A stretch of 64,000 nt of DNA from a bacterium (GCA_963674965.2 CAXXFL010000001.1:736001-800000), one strand, 5' to 3'. Shown: positions 48,454 through 57,922, counted from the stretch's first letter. Numbers and translations: made by a program. Notes: generated by a model from the sequence alone, not told the origin.

Positions 48454-49419
48454 CTACTTCTTGTAAAACACCCTGGTGTCGCAAATGTGGTCGTGCAGGG
48501 TCCTTTTTTCGTCGTCGAAGGCGGCGATGATGTATCCGATAAAGCAGGTGATCTGGCTAAGCATTTCGGCGAAATGCCTGCCCAGGGCGCGCCAGTAGGT
48601 GATCCGGATCCCGTCGGGCCGCAGGACTATCAGGCCGCAGGCCATTTTGCCCGGCGTGGCGGCGTATTTGCCCAGGAAGAAGGTGGTGTACGCCGCCGGC
48701 ACGGCAATCTGTAACAGGAAGGAGATCATGAAAAGAAGGATGGGGAAAGGAGCGGGCCCGTTTTCAAGCCCCGAGGAAAAGCTCGTCTGCGCGATTGAAA
48801 AAGGCATCTGTAATAAGAAGTTAACGAAGCCCAGTAGAATATTGTCCAGGAGTTTGGCGGCCACCCTTATCCAGAAGCCGCCATATTTCAGTATTCCCGG
48901 CCGGTCCGCTCCCTCTCGAAGGCGCTGGAAGAAAATGTTCTTGCACTGGGCGCACACGAACTCGCCCTGGTAATTAATCGTCTCGTCGGCGGGAAAGGGA
49001 CATCCGCACTCGGCGCAGAAGACGTCATCTTTCGAGGCCGTTCCCGCCAGTACGCCGTAAGCTTGCCATTGGCTCATGCCCGGGCGCCAGACCAGGTCGC
49101 CGGCCTTGATTTTTCCCGCCGCGACCATGGCCTGAAATTCGCGGTCGCTTACGGGCCCCTTTTTCAGGCCCTGGGACACGTAATACCACTCATCCCGGGC
49201 GGTCGGACCCGCCGGCTCTTCGACCTTGCTTTCGGAAGGGGTCCCCGATGGGGCGGCCTCTTTGGGGGCTTTGACCTCGGAGTACTCCTTCCATCCGTCC
49301 ATGCCCTTGGACCAAACCAGGGTGTCGGGCGCGATGGTCCCCTCGTTGACCAAAAGCTCGAACTCGACTTCGTCAACGGGACCTTGTCTTTTGCCATCCT
49401 TGGCGTAATACCAGTTCAC
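48454..49419 (-). CDS. GYF_2-GYF_2-Zn ribbon-RDD protein (paralog A)
   Basis: Two GYF_2 units, CAEC/CAQC, GFWIRVAAKLLD, ATPGKM, TLHD. Confidence 0.88.
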   Translation of the reverse strand: MNWYYAKDGKRQGPVDEVEFELLVNEGTIAPDTLVWSKGMDGWKEYSEVKAPKEAAPSGTPSESKVEEPAGPTARDEWYYVSQGLKKGPVSDREFQAMVAAGKIKAGDLVWRPGMSQWQAYGVLAGTASKDDVFCAECGCPFPADETINYQGEFVCAQCKNIFFQRLREGADRPGILKYGGFWIRVAAKLLDNILLGFVNFLLQMPFSIAQTSFSSGLENGPAPFPILLFMISFLLQIAVPAAYTTFFLGKYAATPGKMACGLIVLRPDGIRITYWRALGRHFAEMLSQITCFIGYIIAAFDDEKRTLHDHICDTRVFYKK

Positions 49420-49532
49420 CGCCGTTTCCCTTTCCTCTTTGGATTAGCGGGCCCCTCGGGGAGATTCGGTTCCGATCGGACTATATCGCCTTCGCCGCGG
49501 CGCGGCTTTTTCAGCCGCTTATTTCGCGGCGC

Positions 49533-50204
49533 TTACTGGACCCACTTGTCCGAGTTTTCCTGGACGCAGAAAGCCTTCATCTGGGAGCACGGCTCCCCAT
49601 GAATGTAATCGTACATCGCCTTGACCTGGGGCCGGAGGACCGGGTCGAACAATGGCATGAGCAGGCCGTTATAGTCCATCACCATGATGGCCTCCCCCGC
49701 GGTAAGCCCCTGGTACTTCATCTGGTAATAAGCGGCCGTCCGGCCCGCCCTGTGGCTGCCGGTGGTGCAGCGGAAAAGAAGACCCGCCTGGTCGTTCCTG
49801 GCCCGCTCGATTTGTTGGTCGAAGTACTCGAGGAAGCCGTCGCTCACGGGCTTGTTGTGGTTTTGCTTGACGTTGTAAATGACCTCGATATCCGGGCACA
49901 CTCCCTCTTTCTGATAGGCCAGCTCGTGTTTCTCGGCCGTGCCCGCCATGACAATGACCCTGTCGATCTGGTAGACCGAGCACCACTTGGAAAAGGTCTC
50001 CTTGTCCGGTTCCCCGCTCCGGTAGAGGCGGAAAGCCTGGCCCTCGCCCGGCGGCGGTCCGTCGATCTGGTGAAGGTTGCCCTCGACCTTGGTGTAACCA
50101 GGGCCGTCCAGAAGCTCGGGCCGGGCCGGGGCCTTGGCGGCGCAGGCCGCGCCCACCAGGGCGGCTATGAAAATGGCGCACAAGATTACGCGAATATTTC
50201 TCAT
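49533..50204 (-). CDS. Lipoprotein with tyrosine/dual-specificity phosphatase-like domain
   Basis: Lipobox GAAC; LYRSGEP; CTTGSHR equals the CX5R catalytic loop. Confidence 0.78.
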   Translation of the reverse strand: MRNIRVILCAIFIAALVGAACAAKAPARPELLDGPGYTKVEGNLHQIDGPPPGEGQAFRLYRSGEPDKETFSKWCSVYQIDRVIVMAGTAEKHELAYQKEGVCPDIEVIYNVKQNHNKPVSDGFLEYFDQQIERARNDQAGLLFRCTTGSHRAGRTAAYYQMKYQGLTAGEAIMVMDYNGLLMPLFDPVLRPQVKAMYDYIHGEPCSQMKAFCVQENSDKWVQ

Positions 50205-50303
50205 TTTTATTCCTCCGGGAATGACGGCTATTTATCATCAGCGGCGAACGACTCTGGGAAAGCCGTTCGCCGCATTTTCTCTCCCCTTCGTCGCTTTATC
50301 AGG

Positions 50304-51206
50304 TTACAGCTTTTTGACGGCCTCGGCAAGCTTTTCAGGCAGCTCGCCTTTCCCGCACTTGTGGACCTCGCTGACCGTCTTTTCCGTCACCCCCGAGAGG
50401 GAGTCCACCAGTTGGAGACTGATAGTATAAGAATCGCCTATCCTTCCTATCTGGCCCACCACCGCCTTCTGGGCGCCCACATCGCGGGCGATGGCGGCCG
50501 CCGTAGCGGGATTGGCCATGTCCTCCTTCTTAATCTTCTTTCGCTTTGCCGCCGCCTCGACCTGACCCTGGTCCACCACGATGTAGTTGCCCGTTGCCCC
50601 GAGCTGGCCCCTAATCGTTATACTCAGCACCTGGGCCTCGTCCTCGGGAACGTTTATTGCCGCCAGGTCCATGACCGCCGTCAACGCCGGCGACTTCTTA
50701 TCCGGCGAGTCAACGGAAACCACGCGCACGGTTATATTGAAGTGGCCCAGGTCGTCGAACCGAAGGGAGTCAAGCTCATTGACGTGAAAACCCAGGTTTC
50801 CGCCCTCGATCACCTCGAAGGTCCCGGCCGACCCCACGCAAAAGGGAGAGGCGTCGCCGATCCTTCCCAGGAGCGCCATGTAGTTGCAGTCCCGCACCAT
50901 CTCCTTGAGAGGGTCGCGGCCCTGGCCGTCGGGACCCCTCGAGAGACGCACGCCGGGGTCTACCAGGCCGTCGGCCGTTATGTTGACCAGGTCGCCCTCT
51001 TTGAGGAATATGCCCGAGTTGATCCAGCCCTGAGTCGGATTAAGATACACCTCGGTCGTGGCCGGCTCCTTGCCGCTCTTGGCCATGACCTCGTAGGACA
51101 CGCTGCGTACCCCGCTGGCGCTTTTGGCCTGAACGACGCTCGAGAAAAGCGCCGCCAAGACGAATGACAATATCAGACCCACCAATGCCTTGCCTTTCAT
51201 ACTCAT
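50304..51206 (-). CDS. Secreted protein: LecA/PA-IL-like domain plus CsgG/DUF2380-like C-terminal domain
   Basis: Signal peptide; GWINSGIFLKEGD..ITADG..ALLGRIG..G.LGFHVNE; C-terminal VGAQKAVVGQIGRIGDSYTISLQLVD. Confidence 0.6.
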   Translation of the reverse strand: MSMKGKALVGLILSFVLAALFSSVVQAKSASGVRSVSYEVMAKSGKEPATTEVYLNPTQGWINSGIFLKEGDLVNITADGLVDPGVRLSRGPDGQGRDPLKEMVRDCNYMALLGRIGDASPFCVGSAGTFEVIEGGNLGFHVNELDSLRFDDLGHFNITVRVVSVDSPDKKSPALTAVMDLAAINVPEDEAQVLSITIRGQLGATGNYIVVDQGQVEAAAKRKKIKKEDMANPATAAAIARDVGAQKAVVGQIGRIGDSYTISLQLVDSLSGVTEKTVSEVHKCGKGELPEKLAEAVKKL

Positions 51207-51549
51207 GATAAGTACCTCCTTTTGTTGACTTTCTTTTTGCTACCGCCGCTCTGCCCAGCGGCTTTGGCCATGATAAAGGCAACATCGGCGCCAAACGTAT
51301 TTGGCGGCGGACCGCGGTCCCCGCAAGGCCCTATAAACAAAGGGCGAGCGGGGAAGGGCGGATAGATGAAAGGGTCGATGAAAAAATTCCTTACTGAAAT
51401 CAAATAATCCTCTAATATAAGAAATGGCGAAAGAAAAACATGCGGCGGCCATATTAAATGGACCGGATATTTGTAACCTTTTATTCCGGACGGCCTCATA
51501 AGACGGATAGGCAAAACGCGATTAACCAATAAATGAAAAGGAGGAGACC

Positions 51550-52065
51550 ATGAGCGAGAGGAAAGGCATAGTGACGATGATGGGAAACCCGGTGACCCTG
51601 GTTGGGGATGAGGTATCGGTCGGTGACAAGGCCCCGGATTTCACGGCCCTCGACAATGGGCTTAAGGAGAAGAAGCTTTCCGATTTCAAGGGAAAGGTGG
51701 TAATAATCGCGGCGGTCCCGTCCCTTGATACTCCCGTTTGCGAGCTCGAGACCCTTCGTTTCAATACCGAGGCCGGGGCATTGGGAGAGGCGGTCCAGGT
51801 TTTGACCGTCAGCATGGACCTTCCCTTTGCCCAGAAAAGATGGTGCGCGGCCAAGGGCATCGGCAACCTGATGACCGTCTCGGACCACCGCGACGCGGAC
51901 TTCGGTCAAAAGTACGGCGTCCTGATGAAGGAGTCGCGCCTGCTTGCGCGGTCCATCTTCGTTCTGGACAGGGAGGGAGTAGTCAAATACAGGGAGATCG
52001 TGCCCGAGATAGCCAAGGAACCCAATTACGACGCCGTGCTCGACGCGGCCAAATCCCTGATATAA
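51550..52065 (+). CDS. tpx: Thiol peroxidase
   Basis: VPSLDTPVC, SMDLPFAQKRWC, EPNYD; AGGAGG RBS. Confidence 0.96.
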   Translation: MSERKGIVTMMGNPVTLVGDEVSVGDKAPDFTALDNGLKEKKLSDFKGKVVIIAAVPSLDTPVCELETLRFNTEAGALGEAVQVLTVSMDLPFAQKRWCAAKGIGNLMTVSDHRDADFGQKYGVLMKESRLLARSIFVLDREGVVKYREIVPEIAKEPNYDAVLDAAKSLI

Positions 52066-52092
52066 CGGCGTAAATGTATTTCGATTTAAAGC

Positions 52093-52128
52093 GCGGACGG
52101 GCGGCTTAAAAGGCCCGTCCGCCCTTTT
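52093..52128 (+). terminator. Intrinsic terminator after tpx
   Basis: GCGGACGGGC-N10-GCCCGTCCGC followed by CCTTTT. Confidence 0.75.
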
Positions 52129-52204
52129 GTTGTATCCCGGGCAATTGTTATTTACAATTGAAACATGATCTTCTCACTGGGACTTCGGGGGTTTTCCCTG
52201 CCAA

Positions 52205-53077
52205 ATGATTAAATCTTTGCGTGAAGTGATTCTTTTCACCGGGTGCATGGATTCCACGCTGGTGGGCGTGGACGGCTCCGGCCGTTTTCACGTGGTTGGC
52301 GAGACGCCCGACCCTGGCCGTCGTCCGACCGTTCTTTTCATGACCTTTTCTCCGGAGGGGATTCTCGAGCGGTCCGAGGAGCGGAGCCTGGCCGAGGTCA
52401 TCCTTATTACCGGCGAGGACCCGATATGGGACAACATGGGTTGGCCCCTGCTCCAGAAGCAGCTCGGGGTCTTTCCCGCCCAGGGCGAGATGTACTACGA
52501 GATGGGTCCTCCCACGATCCCCTATTTCCAGCCCAAGTATACGGACTATCTTTACGAGGGACCGCTTGACCTGGTCGAGGCCCAGGCCTTTTTAAGCGAC
52601 CTTATAAGGGTGGGGCCGGGCGAGGTGGACGCGATCATCGAGCAGGCCAACTATATAAACGAGCTCGACGAGTTCATCGACTGCGACGGCGATTTCAACT
52701 ATAAGACCGTCTTCGGATACGGCGCCGACGGCATAATAGCTGGGGCCAAGCTCGCCCCGGACCTTTTCGTGATGGTCCGGTCGAGAAAGTATCTTCTCGA
52801 GACCGAGCAGCGGGAGAGGATCGTGATGGACCTCAATTCGCTGGAGGCCGTCCTCGAGACGGGACCCGATTCCTATAACGTCATCACCCTTCCCTGGATG
52901 GATCACCCCTGGATACACCACGTGGACGCCATGATTAAAACCAAATCCGGACTCTACGCCCGGGACTACGGATTTGACGAGTTCTACGATCTTCAGATTA
53001 CCGAGCTCGAGTTCGACGAGAAGGCGCTTCGCAAAGCCCTGGCCGCCCCGAGCGCCGCCCGGGCCGTGCCCGCCTAG
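52205..53077 (+). CDS. Hypothetical protein
   Basis: 290-aa ORF with host-like codon usage; no motif recognised. Confidence 0.75.
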   Translation: MIKSLREVILFTGCMDSTLVGVDGSGRFHVVGETPDPGRRPTVLFMTFSPEGILERSEERSLAEVILITGEDPIWDNMGWPLLQKQLGVFPAQGEMYYEMGPPTIPYFQPKYTDYLYEGPLDLVEAQAFLSDLIRVGPGEVDAIIEQANYINELDEFIDCDGDFNYKTVFGYGADGIIAGAKLAPDLFVMVRSRKYLLETEQRERIVMDLNSLEAVLETGPDSYNVITLPWMDHPWIHHVDAMIKTKSGLYARDYGFDEFYDLQITELEFDEKALRKALAAPSAARAVPA

Positions 53078-53167
53078 GGCCTTTTATCATCCCGCTCTCG
53101 CCCTTACCATCCGGGCGGCCGTCTCCTTGTCTTGAGCCGAAAGCCCGCCTTATGCGATACTTATCAA

Positions 53168-53938
53168 ATGTCGGAAGCTAATAAAACTAACGGCCCCGCG
53201 ACTCGGATGAAACCGGCCGAGATAAAAAGCAGGCTCCAGAACTCCATACTCATGGCCGGCGGCGCGGCCATCGTGTCCTTTCCCCTTTACTACTACAACT
53301 TCGGAAGGCTGGTGGGACGCATAGCGGACGCGGACCCAACGCCGGGACAGGTTTTTTCCCTCGCGGTAGGTCAAGCCATAATCATATTCCTTACTTCCTT
53401 CCTGTGCGCCCTGGTGGGCTTTCTTTATTACGAGCGGCTTTCCTTGCCGGGACCGGGCAAGGCCCGCGACGCGCGAAGATGGCTTCCACTCGGGCTGGCC
53501 GCCGGGCTAATACTGGCGCCGGCGATTTATTTTCTGGGCGAGCGCTCGGCCATGGCCAAGGTCCCCGGTCTTTTTCCTTCCGATCCGGTTTGGTCCCTGG
53601 CCCTGGTGGTTGGAAGCTCGGTGACTGACGAGGTGGTGGCCCGCTTCGGATTGGTCACGATCATGGTTTATCTGCTCCGCTGGCGGGGAATGAAGGGTCA
53701 TCCCTGGCCCGCGTCCCTTGCCGTGTCCCTGTTCGGGGCGCTCTCGTCGTTCTTGTTCCTGACTCGACTTAACATCGACGTGGACCTCACCTACCTCGAG
53801 CTGGCGGCGACCATGGCCTTCAAGGTCCTGGTCAACTACATACTTTGCGAGGTCTACCTGAGGAAGGGACTAGTCGCGTCATTATGCCTTCACCTGGGAC
53901 TACAGGTCAGGCTCGTCGCCTACGCGCTGCTATTATAA
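53168..53938 (+). CDS. Membrane protein, CPBP/CAAX-protease-like (degenerate)
   Basis: Several TMs; TDEVVARFG and GLVASLCLH resemble the CPBP EExxxR and HxxxN motifs. Confidence 0.6.
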   Translation: MSEANKTNGPATRMKPAEIKSRLQNSILMAGGAAIVSFPLYYYNFGRLVGRIADADPTPGQVFSLAVGQAIIIFLTSFLCALVGFLYYERLSLPGPGKARDARRWLPLGLAAGLILAPAIYFLGERSAMAKVPGLFPSDPVWSLALVVGSSVTDEVVARFGLVTIMVYLLRWRGMKGHPWPASLAVSLFGALSSFLFLTRLNIDVDLTYLELAATMAFKVLVNYILCEVYLRKGLVASLCLHLGLQVRLVAYALLL

Positions 53939-55147
53939 ATCGTCCCTTTTTTCGACGTCCCGGGTTTTTAAAATAAGGACCATTCCCAGCGCCGCGGCGA
54001 TTAGCAGACAAAGGGCGAAGACCGCGAAAATTCCCTGCAAGGAATGCCGGCTCTCACCGATATAGCCCCCAATATAGGCCATTGCCGAGCCGACGCCGAA
54101 GTTCATGAAGAAATACAGGCCGAACACGAGTCCCCTCACCCGAGCGGGCGTGTAAGTAGGCAGCAGGCTGTTTCCCACCGGCTGCCCGGAAAAATAAATG
54201 AAGGCGAAAAGGGCGGAGGCGGCCACCAGGGCCATGTCCTCGAGTCTTCCCAACATGAAAAGCGCGGGACAGGCGAGGACGTAGACGAAGGTGAACAGTT
54301 TTTCCTTTTTGAATTTATCCGCCAGGTTTCCCCCCGTCATCTGTCCAACTATCCCGATGAAAAGCACGGCCGTGGTGATGGCCCCGCCGAGGGTCACCGC
54401 GTCGATATCGATTCCTTTCAGGCTTACCCGCTCGGAGAAGTAAGCCGGCAGGAAGGTCATGCATCCCCGATAGGCCATCCCGTTAAACACGCCCATGGCG
54501 AAGAGCAGGAGAAGGGGAGTCAAGCGGACGGCCCGCGGTCCGGCCGTCGCGGCCGGTTCACTCTTTTCTTCCTCCGACCTCCGAGCCCCGGCGTCCACTC
54601 CGGAAAAAAACACGATCAGCCCGATGGCCAAAGGAATGAGGGCCACCGCGGCGTAGGCCGTTCTCCATCCGCCCAGGGCCTCGGCCAGGGCCGCGGCGAA
54701 AAAGGGGGTCAGGGCCAGGCCCAGGTTGCCGCCCATGCCGTGGGCGCCCATGGCTTTTCCCTGTTTCTCGACGCTAAGAGATATGAGGGTCAGGCCGGCC
54801 GGGTGATAAAGGCCGGCGAAGAAACCTAAAAGGGCCAGAACGGCGGTGAAGGCCACGTAGCCTGGAACGATGGAAAGAGTGAATAGAGACGCGGCCGTCC
54901 CGAAAAGATAGATAAGAAGCACGCGCCTCGCGCCCAGCCAATCCACCAGCGGCCCGGACGGAAGGGCCGCCAGCCCGAATAAAAAGGACGAGATGGAAGT
55001 GGCCAGCCCCACCTTCTCGTAGTCCTTGACCCCGAAGAACTCGGCCGAGACGAGAAGGGCCGTGGCCGGGAAGATAAGCTCCGCCACGTGGGTGGCGGCG
55101 TGCGAGCTGATGGTGACCGCCAGCACGGTCTTTTCGCTGGAGCGCAT
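53933..55147 (-). CDS. MFS transporter
   Basis: About 12 TMs; GPLVDWLGARR, GLYHPAG, GNLADKF. Confidence 0.9.
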   Translation of the reverse strand: MRSSEKTVLAVTISSHAATHVAELIFPATALLVSAEFFGVKDYEKVGLATSISSFLFGLAALPSGPLVDWLGARRVLLIYLFGTAASLFTLSIVPGYVAFTAVLALLGFFAGLYHPAGLTLISLSVEKQGKAMGAHGMGGNLGLALTPFFAAALAEALGGWRTAYAAVALIPLAIGLIVFFSGVDAGARRSEEEKSEPAATAGPRAVRLTPLLLLFAMGVFNGMAYRGCMTFLPAYFSERVSLKGIDIDAVTLGGAITTAVLFIGIVGQMTGGNLADKFKKEKLFTFVYVLACPALFMLGRLEDMALVAASALFAFIYFSGQPVGNSLLPTYTPARVRGLVFGLYFFMNFGVGSAMAYIGGYIGESRHSLQGIFAVFALCLLIAAALGMVLILKTRDVEKRDDL

Positions 55148-55188
55148 TGCTTTATCCCACCCGGCCCTCGGGCGCCGGCGGGGCGGCG

Positions 55189-55701
55189 TCAGTCACGCGA
55201 GTGGCCGTCGTCGTCGTGATGGTGGTGACGTCCTTCTCCCGAGTGGGAATGGGTATGGGGATGCGAGTGCTCGCCTTGGTTCCTCTTAAAGGTCGTCCCG
55301 ACGGTCGAGCCGATGAGCTTTCCGTGCAGCACGCCGCGGGAGGCCGTCATCTTATCGGCCAGGGCCTTGATCTGGTTGGCCTTGCCCTTGGCCACGATGA
55401 CCTCCATGCAGTTGTCGTGGTCAAGATGAACGTGCATCGAGGAGATGACGTTGCCCTCGAACTGGTGCTGGTAATCGTTGAGCTTGCGGCTAAGGTCGGG
55501 AACGTGGTGGTCGTACACGATGTTGATGGCGCCCACCGTCTCCCGGTCCTCGGCCCACTCCTCGTCCACCAGCGCCCGCCGGATGAGGTCCCGGATCGCC
55601 TCCGACCGGTTGGTGTAGCCGTGGTCGCGGATGTAGCGGTCGAACCGCTCGAGAAGAGCGGCGTCCATCGATACTCCAAAGCGCTTGAGTTCCTCGTCCA
55701 T
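55189..55701 (-). CDS. nikR: Nickel-responsive regulator NikR with His-rich tail
   Basis: RFGVSM, NRSEAIRDLIR ribbon-helix-helix, VYDHH, HVHLDHDNCMEV. Confidence 0.95.
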   Translation of the reverse strand: MDEELKRFGVSMDAALLERFDRYIRDHGYTNRSEAIRDLIRRALVDEEWAEDRETVGAINIVYDHHVPDLSRKLNDYQHQFEGNVISSMHVHLDHDNCMEVIVAKGKANQIKALADKMTASRGVLHGKLIGSTVGTTFKRNQGEHSHPHTHSHSGEGRHHHHDDDGHSRD

Positions 55702-55755
55702 GGGACCCTCCTTCACCGCCATTATAGCAGATCGGCCTTAAAGGAAAACCGGTCC

Positions 55756-56931
55756 CTATTTGCCGCCCCGGTCGGGACGCGACTCGCGCCTCTTACGGCG
55801 GGCCTCCTCCAGGGCCGCCCGCCTTTGCTCGGGCGTGAGATTTCTTCCTCCACCCTCGAGCCCGTACTTCTCCGCCGCCGCCCGCATGGCCGTCACGTTG
55901 CGGTCGATGATCTTCTTGTTTTGCTCGTGGACCCCGGCCACGTCCAGTTCGGCCAGCTCCCGGTCGGCCTTCTTTACCGTCTCGATGAACTCGGGCGAGT
56001 AGTCGCCGGAATTGTTCTCGACTTCCTGGACAAGACGGACGACCAACTGGTACCTCGCCATCATGCGCCTGTCCGCCCGAGCCAGATCGGCCGTCGTCTT
56101 ATAAACCGCCCTCATCCGCCGCGCGGCGGCCATCTTTTTTTGCCTCTCGGCTTTTTCCGTTTGTCCCCTTTGCTCGAGTTTATTGAAGTGTTCCTTGAGC
56201 CGCTCGGAATTCTCGGCCATGACCTTTTGCGTGGTCGCCGCGTTTTGCCGGCTTCGCTTTACGTCGCTTACGACCCAGGGCACGATCTTGTCGCCGTTCT
56301 GGACCAGCCGCTCCTGTCTTTTCTGGACCCAGTCCCGCCAGGCCTCTTCATTCCGGTCGTAGCGTCCGGGCCTTTGGGGAGGGGCGTTCCACTCGACCGT
56401 GGTCTCCTTTCCGGCGCCCACCTCCACCGAGCCCACGTCCGAGCCGACCTCGACCAGGCCGTCGTCCACCCCCACCCGGGTGGCCCCGTCTATCCCGACT
56501 CCCACCGAAAAGGCCGTGCCCCGAACGCCCGCCACGGCCGTGGGCGTCTCGACCTCGAAAACGCGCTCGCCCGACTCCACGCCCTCGATCTCGAGCCAGA
56601 GCCTGCCGATGTAAAGGATGACCGCGCTCATGGTCCCTTCCGCCGCCCGGGTGTCGGCGACCTCGACGCGAGAGCCGGACTGGACCTCGAGGGCGGACCC
56701 GTCGGCAAAGAGGACCCTGCAAAAGGAATCCTTCCCCGTCTGGATCTCCTCGCCGGAAAGAACGTAGTCGTCCTCCTTGGCCGGGCGGGACTTGCCGCCG
56801 TTGTCAACGATCTTAACGTCGCCTTTTACCATGTCGATCACGCCCTCCTCGGCCGGGTCGGCCGAGGCCGAAAGGGCCAGAGGCAAAAGAACAAGGAATG
56901 AAAGAACAATAACGCGGATCGATCGAGTCAT
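55756..56931 (-). CDS. Secreted FecR-domain protein with coiled-coil C-terminus
   Basis: Signal peptide; IQTGKDS, FADGS, VETPTAVAGVRGTAF, VDDGLVEV. Confidence 0.85.
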   Translation of the reverse strand: MTRSIRVIVLSFLVLLPLALSASADPAEEGVIDMVKGDVKIVDNGGKSRPAKEDDYVLSGEEIQTGKDSFCRVLFADGSALEVQSGSRVEVADTRAAEGTMSAVILYIGRLWLEIEGVESGERVFEVETPTAVAGVRGTAFSVGVGIDGATRVGVDDGLVEVGSDVGSVEVGAGKETTVEWNAPPQRPGRYDRNEEAWRDWVQKRQERLVQNGDKIVPWVVSDVKRSRQNAATTQKVMAENSERLKEHFNKLEQRGQTEKAERQKKMAAARRMRAVYKTTADLARADRRMMARYQLVVRLVQEVENNSGDYSPEFIETVKKADRELAELDVAGVHEQNKKIIDRNVTAMRAAAEKYGLEGGGRNLTPEQRRAALEEARRKRRESRPDRGGK

Positions 56932-57076
56932 TTTTTCCTCCCGGGAAAAACGGAGCTTGGGGCGACCATTTTATTCTTTATACGTTCTTCTCGATAATTT
57001 ATTGTAGCCCACCTGGCCGAGACGGCACAAAAAAGCGCGACTCGGGGCCGCGCTTTTATCGTCGAAAAGGTTACCG

Positions 57077-57841
57077 TCAGATTTCGCTGAGGATTTCCTC
57101 TCTCTTTTTCTGGTACTCCTCCTCGGTGATGAGTCCCTCGTCGTAGAGCTTTTGGAGCTCGGTAAGCCTCTCCTTGGCCGTCTTCTCCGGCTCCCGATCG
57201 GTCGGCTTGTCCGAGGCCCCCATGTCGCGGGGAGGAGGCTTGGGTATGTTCTTGGCGTCCACCACGATCCAATTGTCGTCCTTCAGTTCCTGGCCCTTCT
57301 GGGCCACCAGCTTGAAGCTGGACCTGTATCCCTTGGTCGGGTCGAACTTGTTCATCTCCTGGTCCGGGGCCTTTTTCTGGTAGATGTTGCGGAAGGCCAC
57401 GTTGAGCTTTCCGTCCTTGACGAACATAACCCCGTCGGTCAGGCGGAAGCTTCCCACCAGCGACTGCCCCTTGAAGGTCATGATCGAGAAATCGACCCAG
57501 CTCTCGGAGTCGGCCGTGGCGAAGGCCTTGGCCAGGTGCGGCGCCAACTGTTTGGCTTCATCATCGCTGAACACCTGGATATCGGTCCCCTTGGCCCCGT
57601 CCAGGGAAAACGCGCCGGGCTTGAACAGGGTCACGCCAAGAAGCAACTTCTCCATGTCCTCCGCGCCGAACTCGTGCGGGTGCGCGAGAGGCTGCATTTT
57701 TTTATTGGCCGTCTTGACCTTGACCCAGGTGTCCTGGCCCTTGGAATAGATGGTCTTGGTTTTGGGCCATGTAAAACCATAGCCCGCCGAAGCGATTAAT
57801 AACGCCGCCAATATGGACGCGGCAATGATTGTCTTCCTCAT
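57077..57841 (-). CDS. Secreted protein with C-terminal SHOCT domain
   Basis: Signal peptide; ERLTELQKLYDEGLITEEEYQKKREEIL. Confidence 0.85.
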   Translation of the reverse strand: MRKTIIAASILAALLIASAGYGFTWPKTKTIYSKGQDTWVKVKTANKKMQPLAHPHEFGAEDMEKLLLGVTLFKPGAFSLDGAKGTDIQVFSDDEAKQLAPHLAKAFATADSESWVDFSIMTFKGQSLVGSFRLTDGVMFVKDGKLNVAFRNIYQKKAPDQEMNKFDPTKGYRSSFKLVAQKGQELKDDNWIVVDAKNIPKPPPRDMGASDKPTDREPEKTAKERLTELQKLYDEGLITEEEYQKKREEILSEI

Positions 57842-57922
57842 TCCCCAATTCCTCCTTTTAGGAAGGATACCACTCGGCCGCTTTCAGGACAAGGCTGTTT
57901 CATCGGGCCTTTCATCGCGGTA

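Noticed and set aside
45657-49419. Diversity-generating retroelement acting on the RDD paralogs
   Set aside because: No reverse transcriptase, and no near-identical template/variable pair with adenine-specific differences.
49599-51167. 522-aa plus-strand ORF
   Set aside because: Antisense to two well-formed minus-strand genes with signal peptides and RBSs.
55147-56901. 584-aa plus-strand ORF
   Set aside because: Antisense shadow of nikR and the FecR-domain gene.
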